NCBI GenBank assembly: GCA_964481885.1
Contig: CAYZUS010000010.1
Location: 20,426 to 72,347 of the forward strand
DNA length: 51,922 nt
Direction of reading: 5' to 3'
Origin: an uncultured Actinomycetota bacterium
GTDB lineage: Bacteria; Actinomycetota; Humimicrobiia; Humimicrobiales; Humimicrobiaceae
The notes beneath the pieces were generated by a model. That model was not told the origin of the DNA and ran no database searches. It saw nothing but the letters and a program-made list of their open reading frames with translations. A program made the translations under genes and the position numbers. Positions 7,872-15,785 of this stretch are shown here, piece after piece (the first letter of the stretch is position 1; every line of letters starts with the position of its first letter).

Positions 7872-9809
7872 ATGGCAATTACAGCTGATAGAAAATTAGC
7901 CAGGCCGGGATCACAGTCCATGGATCTTGCAAAAAAGGAAGACCTGACTGAGAGAAGGGACGTAGCCAAAAAGCTTGCCCAGGAAAAAACAAAAGCCAGA
8001 ACGCTTGCCAAGACACAGCAGATAGCTGAAAGGCTCGCAGCAGCAACAGAACAGTCTGCTTCAAGCATCCAGGAAATAAGGGCAAGTGCAGAAGAGCTTG
8101 TTTCAGCAGTGGACCAGGTTTCCAATGCAGTGGAACAGGTTTTAAGTGAAGTCGAACAGGCAGAGGTTGTTATTAAAGCAGGAAACGTGGCAGCCAAAGG
8201 CGCTGATGTAAAAGCATCATCTGCTGCAAATTATGCTGAAACCATTGCCAAACTGCTAAACAAGAATATTGCAGATATTAATGTGGCAATTGAAGGTGTG
8301 CAAAAAGCTGCGCAGTTAAATGCGGAAGCTGTTAAAAGTGGTAATGAACTTATAAAACAGGGTGAAGAAATCGGTGAAATAGTCCAGTCTGTAACCCAGA
8401 TTGCTGACCAGACAAACCTGTTGGCACTAAATGCTGCAATAGAAGCAGCGCGTGCAGGTGAGCATGGCCGTGGTTTTGCTGTTGTTGCTGATGAAGTAAG
8501 AAACCTTGCAGAGGTCAGCGAAAAATCAGCAAGACAGATAAACGAGCTGGTTGAAAAAGTCCAGAACAGCATAAAAGAAGCTGCAGAAAAGGTTACAAAA
8601 ACCGGAAACAATGCCCAGAAAGCAACCACGGAGGCTGGAGAAATTGCATTAGGTCTCGGTACAATAATTGCTGCAGTAAATGACCTTCAGTCAGTTGCAA
8701 AAGAAGTGGCCACACAGTGCAGAGAAATGAGCGCCCTTATGGGTGATCTTACTTCTACTACAGGCTCAATAACTAAAAATACTGAGGAAGTAAGCACAGC
8801 CATAAAGCAAATTGATGCCTCACTCAGGGAGCAGACAAAAGCATTTGCAGATATTGAAAAAGCATCTGATGAGCTGGTTGAAATGGCTGACAGGATCAAG
8901 ACCTCCACGACCGATAACAAAGCCGCTGAAGAAATAGCTGCATCATCTGAAGAACTTTCTGCAACAATAGAAGAGACAAATTCAAGCATGGAACAGATTG
9001 TCACAGGCATTACCCAGGTGGCAAAAGGCGCAAGTGGTGTTGCCGAAGGAACTGATACTGCAAACGAACAGGCAAAGACAATAGGTACCCAGACAAATTT
9101 TGTAAGAGAAAGCGCCGAAAAATTTGCAAAAGTTTTGCAGGCCAATGAGACTGATTACAGCAAAGCAAAAGATGCATTTACAGAAATTGTCAAACAGGTC
9201 GGTGATATGGGAAATGACAACCTCACAGTAGCAACAGAACTTGCAACACTTGTTTCCGATTTAAGAAATATTTTAAAGATTGTTGATAATATAACAATGG
9301 TAGCTGTACAAACCAACCTTCTTGCCGTAAATGGTTCAATTGAAGCTGCAAGGGCAGGAGAATACGGCCGTGGATTTTCAGTTGTAGCCGCAGATGTTAG
9401 GACCCTGGCAAATGAATCTTCCGAAGCTGCTGACAAGATCCAGGCTATGATACAGAATGTTGAAACACAGATAATCCAGGTTACAGACGATGTAAGAAAA
9501 GCCGGAGATTTGGCAATTGAACAGCAGAAAAGAGGAGTTGTAATTCTTGAAGATGCTGAAGTAATAATAAAAACTTCGGGTGAAGCAACCGGTGTTGCCA
9601 ATGAGGTTGAAGCCGCAGCAGTCGAACAGGTAAAAAGAGTCGAGCAGGTAAGCAAAGCAACCGAACAGATAGCAGCCGCAGCAGAAGAGGCATCATCCGC
9701 AGTAGAGCAGTCAACCAAGGCAGCAGATGAACAGAAACGTGCCATGAATGAAATAGCTGAGGCAGTTGAAGAGATAGCCGGAATAGCTGACGAACTCCAG
9801 GCTCTGTAG
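7872..9809 (+). CDS. Soluble methyl-accepting chemotaxis protein with two tandem signalling (MA) domains
   Basis: AAGGAG RBS and no TM segments. There are two hairpin-tip motifs: '[35 protein letters not shown]' and '[36 protein letters not shown]'. Confidence 0.9.
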   Translation: MAITADRKLARPGSQSMDLAKKEDLTERRDVAKKLAQEKTKARTLAKTQQIAERLAAATEQSASSIQEIRASAEELVSAVDQVSNAVEQVLSEVEQAEVVIKAGNVAAKGADVKASSAANYAETIAKLLNKNIADINVAIEGVQKAAQLNAEAVKSGNELIKQGEEIGEIVQSVTQIADQTNLLALNAAIEAARAGEHGRGFAVVADEVRNLAEVSEKSARQINELVEKVQNSIKEAAEKVTKTGNNAQKATTEAGEIALGLGTIIAAVNDLQSVAKEVATQCREMSALMGDLTSTTGSITKNTEEVSTAIKQIDASLREQTKAFADIEKASDELVEMADRIKTSTTDNKAAEEIAASSEELSATIEETNSSMEQIVTGITQVAKGASGVAEGTDTANEQAKTIGTQTNFVRESAEKFAKVLQANETDYSKAKDAFTEIVKQVGDMGNDNLTVATELATLVSDLRNILKIVDNITMVAVQTNLLAVNGSIEAARAGEYGRGFSVVAADVRTLANESSEAADKIQAMIQNVETQIIQVTDDVRKAGDLAIEQQKRGVVILEDAEVIIKTSGEATGVANEVEAAAVEQVKRVEQVSKATEQIAAAAEEASSAVEQSTKAADEQKRAMNEIAEAVEEIAGIADELQAL

Positions 9810-9873
9810 AATTTTTAGCTAGACTAAAGATTCCTGTAATAATTTTATTTAATTATTGAATTGGAGTATTTAT

Positions 9874-11967
9874 ATGATTGAGACAATGGAAGAAATAAAA
9901 ACTGAAAAGCAGGTGAAAAACGTCGCTAAGAAGGAAAGGGAGCTGGTCATATTTAAACTCGGAGACGAAGAATTCGGTGTAAGTATTGAATACGTCAAAG
10001 AGATTGTGAAACTGCCGGAAATTACCCTGATTCCTAACAGCATAGATTACATAGCAGGTATATGTAATCTAAGAGGCAGCGTATTGCCTGTAATTGATAC
10101 AAGGATAAGGTTTAACCTCTCAAAAAAAGAAACAACCGCACAGACAAGGCTGCTGGTTGTCGATTTGGGTGGGGAAACAACGGGCCTGATTGTTGATGCC
10201 GTATCACAGGTATTAAGCATCAGTGAGGATATCGTGGACCCGGCTCCGAGAGCGGCGGCGGGCATTGATAAAGATTTCCTTGATGGTGTCGTAAAGCTTA
10301 ATGACGGGAAAAGGCTCGTTTTGCTTCTAAATCTTACAGAAGTATTTTCGGCCCAGACTGAAAAAGCCAAAGTAAAAGGAAAAACAAGCTATGGGATGAA
10401 AAACGAGACAGAAGAGTCCAATCTGGCAAAGCAGGCCATGGACGAAGAGCAGCTTGTATCATTTCTTTTATCTGATGAGGAATATGCTTTTGATATTGAC
10501 AGTGTAAGGGAAATATTAAGGGTCATAGAAATAACGGAAGTTCCTAATGTTCCAAATTATGTACTCGGCCTTTTAAACATAAGGGACCAGATACTGCCAA
10601 TACTTGACTTAAGGACAATGCTTTCAATCAAGCATCTCGGTAAAGAATTATATGATGTTCTTGATGAAGTAAAAACTGTTCATAATGAATGGGTATCTTT
10701 GCTTGAACAATGTGTCAATGACGGCACTGGCTTTTCCGGCCAGAAAGATCCTCACTTTTGCAGGCTCGGAATGTGGATAGAAAGCTTTAAGAGCAATAAC
10801 AATAACTTAACAGCAATGGTGGCCAAGCTTGTCGAACCGCATAATGCGCTCCATAGTTATTCAGACGTGGTGACAGCCGAAGCGGCAAAATCAAAAGAGG
10901 GCGCACTCAAGATGATAAATGACAAAGTTATCCCGCTGAAAAACAACATACTGGATACATTTACAAAGATTGTTGAGAGTTTTTATTCTACAATCAAAGA
11001 CGAACAGAGGATACTTGTTATAGAATCAGCCGGTACGACCATAGGACTTGTTGTTGACCATGTAAATGAAGTAGTAAGGATACCAAAAAATATTATTGAT
11101 GAGACCCCTTCAATAATTGCTTCTTCAGGCAAGGAGATAAGCGGCGTTGCAAAGATGAACGGCGGCAAAAGAATAATCATGATAATGGATGAAAAAACAC
11201 TTTTTAAAGGTGATAAACAAATGTTAAACGAGATGGCCAAAGGCAGTTCAGGATCGGATAAGAATGTTTCAGAAGCAAAAAAAGATCTGGACGAGGATCA
11301 GTTCGTGACATTTAAAATTGGAAATGAGGAGTATGGCGTACAGATAATGAAGGTTCAGGAAATAAACCGCCTTTCAGAAATCACCTCTATTCCAAAAGCT
11401 CCATATTTTATTGATGGAGTTACCAATTTAAGAGGCAATGTCATCCCTATCATTGATATAAGAAAAAGATTTGCCATGGATATCAAAACAGACGATTACC
11501 GAACAAGAATTATTGTAGTCGATATCGCAGGAAAAAAGACGGGCCTTAAAGTCGATATGGTAAACGAAGTACTGCGCCTTTACAGAAGTGATATTGAAGA
11601 AGCACCGGGCATCATTTCAACTAATGTTGATTCTGATTTCATTGAAGGAATAGGGAAAATCGATAATGGTAAGAGGATGATAATACTTTTAAATGTTGAA
11701 AAGATCCTTACCAATAAGGAAATCGATGCTTTAAAGTCAATGGACAAGAGTGATTCATCAGAGAAAAATGTAAAACCTCAGGCAAAAAAAGAAGAGCCGG
11801 TGGAAGAAGTAAAACAAAAAAGCCAGGCATTAGAAATTTCTGAGGAGAAATCTGAAGAACCGGAAGCAATAGCAGAACCTGTAAAAGCTGTAAGCGCAAA
11901 AAACGGTGCAAAGAAAAAAGCTGCAGATGACGATGACAAGGATACGGGTTTTACAATGTCTGAATAG
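9874..11967 (+). CDS. Multi-domain CheW scaffold (three CheW domains, a CZB-like insertion in the second, K/E-rich tail)
   Basis: Three 'xFxLGxEEYGVxIxxVxEI...NLRGxVxPxIDxR' units. I prefer the ATG at 9874 (GGAG 8 nt upstream) over the TTG at 9856 in the ORF track. Confidence 0.85.
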   Translation: MIETMEEIKTEKQVKNVAKKERELVIFKLGDEEFGVSIEYVKEIVKLPEITLIPNSIDYIAGICNLRGSVLPVIDTRIRFNLSKKETTAQTRLLVVDLGGETTGLIVDAVSQVLSISEDIVDPAPRAAAGIDKDFLDGVVKLNDGKRLVLLLNLTEVFSAQTEKAKVKGKTSYGMKNETEESNLAKQAMDEEQLVSFLLSDEEYAFDIDSVREILRVIEITEVPNVPNYVLGLLNIRDQILPILDLRTMLSIKHLGKELYDVLDEVKTVHNEWVSLLEQCVNDGTGFSGQKDPHFCRLGMWIESFKSNNNNLTAMVAKLVEPHNALHSYSDVVTAEAAKSKEGALKMINDKVIPLKNNILDTFTKIVESFYSTIKDEQRILVIESAGTTIGLVVDHVNEVVRIPKNIIDETPSIIASSGKEISGVAKMNGGKRIIMIMDEKTLFKGDKQMLNEMAKGSSGSDKNVSEAKKDLDEDQFVTFKIGNEEYGVQIMKVQEINRLSEITSIPKAPYFIDGVTNLRGNVIPIIDIRKRFAMDIKTDDYRTRIIVVDIAGKKTGLKVDMVNEVLRLYRSDIEEAPGIISTNVDSDFIEGIGKIDNGKRMIILLNVEKILTNKEIDALKSMDKSDSSEKNVKPQAKKEEPVEEVKQKSQALEISEEKSEEPEAIAEPVKAVSAKNGAKKKAADDDDKDTGFTMSE

Positions 11968-11974
11968 CTTAAAC

Positions 11975-12010
11975 ATTATTGTTAAATGAGTAAACGCCTT
12001 TAACAATAAT
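11975..12010. other. Perfect 12-bp inverted repeat (ATTATTGTTAAA / TTTAACAATAAT, 12-nt loop) between cheW-like and cheB
   Basis: Read directly. AT-rich stem with no U-tract, so at most an intra-operon RNA structure. Confidence 0.3.
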
Positions 12011-12076
12011 AAATGAGCAATTCAAACTGAAGAGTGGATTTTTTAGTAAAAGTATTTGGAAAAGCTATTTTAGACA

Positions 12077-13192
12077 ATGTATACAAAACAAATAAATGTA
12101 TTGATTTGTGATGACTCTGCATTGATGCGGAAGATTTTAAGATCAATAATAGAAGAAGATCCTGGGCTTGTTGTTATCGGGACAGCAAGGGATGGGTTGG
12201 ATGCTGTAGAAAAAGCAAGAGACCTCAAACCTGATGTAATAACGATGGATATCAACATGCCCAGGCAGGACGGCATCACTTCGATGCAGCAAATAGTTTC
12301 TGAAGGACTTGCTCCTGTGATTATGCTTTCGTCACTTACCCAGGAAGGCGCCATGGCGACTTTTGAAGCGTTGGAACTGGGAGCTTTTGATTATGTTGCA
12401 AAACCCGGCGGTACGATTTCTACAAACTTAGATGTGATATCAGACGAATTAAGATCAAAGATAAAGGCTGCTGCCACTTCAGATGTTTTAAGAAAGTTAA
12501 GAAAGAGCACAGACTATTATGAAAGCGTAAGAAACAGATCTGACAGACAACTGAAAAAAGAAAAAGACAGAAGCGCTCTTTCAAGAATTTTAACACAGAG
12601 AAAAGGAGCAGGTCTTGGATATAAGGCGGTAGCAATAGGCATCTCCACAGGCGGGCCTAAAACAATTTTAAATGTACTGCCTTATCTGCCGAAAGATTTA
12701 AATGCTGCAATATTTCTGGTGCAGCATATGCCGCCTAATTTTACGGCAACATTTGCTGCAAGGATCAATACTGCATCTGAAATGGTGTGTGTGGAAGCTG
12801 AAAATGGCATGCTGGTAAAACCGGGCGTCATATATCTGGCAAGAGGCGGTCGGCACCTCACCCTTTTTAAAAAAAGTACCGGAGAAATAATAATAAGAAC
12901 ACCTGACAGGCCTGAGCATCTTTTTGTACCTTCGGTGGATGTTATGATGCAGTCAGTACTGTCAACTTACAAGGCGGACACAGTGGGAGTTATCATGACA
13001 GGAATGGGTCATGACGGAGCAGCGCAGATGGCCAAAATAAAGGAGGCAGACGGAATTACGATCGCTGAAAGTGAGGAAAGCGCAATAGTTTTCGGGATGC
13101 CTGCTGAAGCAATCAAGCTTGGCTGTATTGACAGTATTCTGCCATCATGGAAGATAGCTGATGAAATAATAAGATCCGTGAAAAGTAACTAA
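12077..13192 (+). CDS. cheB: Chemotaxis methylesterase/deamidase CheB (REC + esterase)
   Basis: REC 'LICDDS...MDINMPRQDG', with esterase catalytic motifs 'GISTGGP', 'VQHMP' and 'GMGHDGA'. Confidence 0.95.
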   Translation: MYTKQINVLICDDSALMRKILRSIIEEDPGLVVIGTARDGLDAVEKARDLKPDVITMDINMPRQDGITSMQQIVSEGLAPVIMLSSLTQEGAMATFEALELGAFDYVAKPGGTISTNLDVISDELRSKIKAAATSDVLRKLRKSTDYYESVRNRSDRQLKKEKDRSALSRILTQRKGAGLGYKAVAIGISTGGPKTILNVLPYLPKDLNAAIFLVQHMPPNFTATFAARINTASEMVCVEAENGMLVKPGVIYLARGGRHLTLFKKSTGEIIIRTPDRPEHLFVPSVDVMMQSVLSTYKADTVGVIMTGMGHDGAAQMAKIKEADGITIAESEESAIVFGMPAEAIKLGCIDSILPSWKIADEIIRSVKSN

Positions 13193-13207
13193 AAAAAGGA
13201 AATTGGA

Positions 13208-14293
13208 ATGGACATAGAAAAATTAAGAGAAAAACTACTATCTTCAGAAAAATCAGATGTTTCTGAAGCGCTGGATATAATATATGAAGATGAAATTATC
13301 GAGCTTGCAGACGTGATGGTCGATGTTTTAAAGAGGGAGACCTCCCGTGCCATGAGGGAAAAAATACTTGTTACGATCGGCAAATTATTTAACAAGCTTG
13401 GTTCTTTTAACAAACTTGGCTTTGAAACAATAAAACAGATGTTTTTTGCTGAGGATGCTTTTATAAGAAACGGAATAATCTCACTTATCAAAAGAAGTGA
13501 CGGGACGGATTACTCACACTTAAGAGAATTATCAAGATGCAACGACAAGGACATCAGAAAATTTGTAATCGATGCTTTAAGTAATGACAACTGTGCCCAA
13601 TCCATTGAAATAATACATGAGCTTTTAACAGATGAAGATATCAATATCAGGATAACTTCAGTTGATTACCTGGGGGATTTCAAGACCGAGCAGTATTGCG
13701 ATGAAATTACAGATATCTTTTTAAATACAGATAACCCGATGCTGAAAATATCCTGCCTTGAATCTGTTGCAAAAATCGGGAAAAAACCCAAAAAATTTGA
13801 CCTGGTTTATAAGGAGCTTACTGAAAAACCGAATAACCTGATGATATTTTCGTTTTTAAAAATTCTGGGAGCTTTCGGAGGAGAGGAATCTTTTTCCTTC
13901 CTTGAAAATATATTACTGGATGAGAAAACCTTTTTTTTGAAGAATGTAATTGATGCAGTTGAGTCAATTCTGGTAAATAGTGATTTAAAAATGCCGGACA
14001 ATTTGAAAAATGCCTTTATAAAAAGAGTTGATACTGCATCAAGCAATGACAAATATGAGATTATGAAACTTCTGGCTAAAGATGATGGTGACGAGATGTC
14101 GCAGAATGCCAGAGAAAACCTTAAAAGTGAAGATGAAATGATACTGCTTTCGGCAATTGAGATACTTGCAGATACCGGCAGTCTTTGCGACATTGACAAA
14201 CTTGAAGATGTGGCCTCTGAGTCTGAGTCTGATGATATTCTTGAAGCTATAGGCGACGCCGTGATGAAAATTAAAGCAAGATTAAAACAATAA
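13208..14293 (+). CDS. HEAT/PBS-lyase-like repeat protein embedded in the che operon
   Basis: Repeated ~30-aa helical units ('DKDIRKFVIDALSN', 'DEDINIRITSVDYLGD', 'NPMLKISCLESVAKIG'). AAGGA RBS. Confidence 0.6.
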   Translation: MDIEKLREKLLSSEKSDVSEALDIIYEDEIIELADVMVDVLKRETSRAMREKILVTIGKLFNKLGSFNKLGFETIKQMFFAEDAFIRNGIISLIKRSDGTDYSHLRELSRCNDKDIRKFVIDALSNDNCAQSIEIIHELLTDEDINIRITSVDYLGDFKTEQYCDEITDIFLNTDNPMLKISCLESVAKIGKKPKKFDLVYKELTEKPNNLMIFSFLKILGAFGGEESFSFLENILLDEKTFFLKNVIDAVESILVNSDLKMPDNLKNAFIKRVDTASSNDKYEIMKLLAKDDGDEMSQNARENLKSEDEMILLSAIEILADTGSLCDIDKLEDVASESESDDILEAIGDAVMKIKARLKQ

Positions 14294-14317
14294 TAAACAG
14301 AAAATAAACACAGCAAA

Positions 14318-15157
14318 ATGGAAGAAATAAGTTTTTCGGAATTTATAAATTTAAGAAATTTTATTTATGAGAGTACCGGTATTTTTTTCGAAGAGAAAAA
14401 AATATATTTTATAAAAAAAAGGGTTGAAAAAAGGCTCATTGAATTAAACCTTGATTCCGCTGCTACTTACCTGAGGATGCTAAAGACTTCCAGGGAAAGT
14501 TCAAAAGAGCTGCAGACTTTGACAAATCTGCTTACAACCAATGAGACATATTTTTTCAGGGAATACGATCAGCTTGCAGTATTTGGAGAACACTGCCTTA
14601 CTGAGATTATTGAGGACAAAAAGAAGAAATTTGTCAGGAATTTAAATATCTGGTGCGCCGGCTGCTCAACCGGAGAAGAGGCTTATACATTATCAATAAT
14701 ACTCCAGGAAATGCTTCCCAATTTAACTTATTGGAACATAATTATTTATGCAACGGACATAGACACTGAGGTCCTTCAAAAGGCAAAAGTCGGGCTGTAT
14801 TCGGACCGTTCCGTAAAGGACGTGCCGCAGGAATATCTGGAGAAGTATTTTACCAGTGAAGGGGACGAGTGGAAAGTCTCAGAACAGGTCAAAAAATATG
14901 TAAAATTTTTAAATATAAATCTTATAGACGACTTTAAAATGAGGGCATTTAAAAGTATTGATTTTATATTCTGCAGGAATGTTCTTATATATTTTGATGA
15001 AGCTTCAAGAAAGCGTGTTGTCGGTAATTTTTTTGAAAGTTTGAATAAGGGCGGATATATTTTTCTTGGACATTCTGAGTCAGTAAGCAGGATATCAACT
15101 GCATTTACAACAAAAAGAAAAGGTGATCTGATTGTTTATCAAAAGACTGAGGTGTAA
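14318..15157 (+). CDS. cheR: Chemotaxis methyltransferase CheR
   Basis: 'NETYFFRE', 'IWCAGCSTGEEAYTLSIIL', 'ATDID', 'FIFCRNVLIYFD', 'LNKGGYIFLGHSES'. Confidence 0.93.
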   Translation: MEEISFSEFINLRNFIYESTGIFFEEKKIYFIKKRVEKRLIELNLDSAATYLRMLKTSRESSKELQTLTNLLTTNETYFFREYDQLAVFGEHCLTEIIEDKKKKFVRNLNIWCAGCSTGEEAYTLSIILQEMLPNLTYWNIIIYATDIDTEVLQKAKVGLYSDRSVKDVPQEYLEKYFTSEGDEWKVSEQVKKYVKFLNINLIDDFKMRAFKSIDFIFCRNVLIYFDEASRKRVVGNFFESLNKGGYIFLGHSESVSRISTAFTTKRKGDLIVYQKTEV

Positions 15158-15162
15158 ATAAT

Positions 15163-15531
15163 ATGAAAAAAGTTTTAATTTGTGATGATTCTGAAATGGT
15201 GAGAAATTTTCACTATTACATATTAAAAACTGCAGGGTTTGAAGTCATATCCGCCATAGATGGCGCGGATGGCCTGGAGAAGCTTTGGCTCAACAAAGAT
15301 ATCGGGCTTGTAATAACAGATATAAATATGCCAAATATGGACGGATATTCCATGATTGAAAAAATAAGGATGGAAGATGAATTTGAGGATATACCCATCA
15401 TTATTATTTCCACAGAGGATCAGCTTAAAGACAAACAAAAAGGGTATGATGCAGGTGCCAATATTTATATAGTCAAGCCTACTGCTCCTGAACAGCTGGT
15501 TGAAAGTGTAAAGCTTTTAATGGAAGAATAG
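15163..15531 (+). CDS. cheY: Chemotaxis response regulator CheY (second copy)
   Basis: 122-aa REC: 'LICDDS', 'TDINMPNMDG', 'IVKPT'. GAGGTG RBS. Confidence 0.9.
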   Translation: MKKVLICDDSEMVRNFHYYILKTAGFEVISAIDGADGLEKLWLNKDIGLVITDINMPNMDGYSMIEKIRMEDEFEDIPIIIISTEDQLKDKQKGYDAGANIYIVKPTAPEQLVESVKLLMEE

Positions 15532-15785
15532 GGTTGGAAATCAGCACAGACGGTTCTTTATGCAGAAACAGGCAGACGCACATCTCTGGCAGGCAGCAAG
15601 CAGTATTTTAAGGGTACATTTTAAAGAGCCGGAGCCTTAAATTAAAATCAGAGCCCCTGATAAAAAAGGGCATGCGGGGGCATACAGGTGAAATTAAAAT
15701 TAGTCGTTCTTTAGTACAAAGAATAAATAACACGCATTTATACAAAGCCAAAGCAACCAAACAGGTAAAAAGGTAAAATCTTAAA

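Noticed and set aside
7829-9745. Four long antisense ORFs (7829-8197, 8231-8629, 8687-9145, 9155-9745, minus strand) inside the chemoreceptor gene
   Set aside because: The sense strand is an Ala/Glu/Gln-rich coiled coil (GCN/GAR/CAR codons), whose reverse complement is naturally poor in stop codons. The antisense products are low-complexity Ser/Ala/Cys/Phe strings with no RBS or family resemblance.
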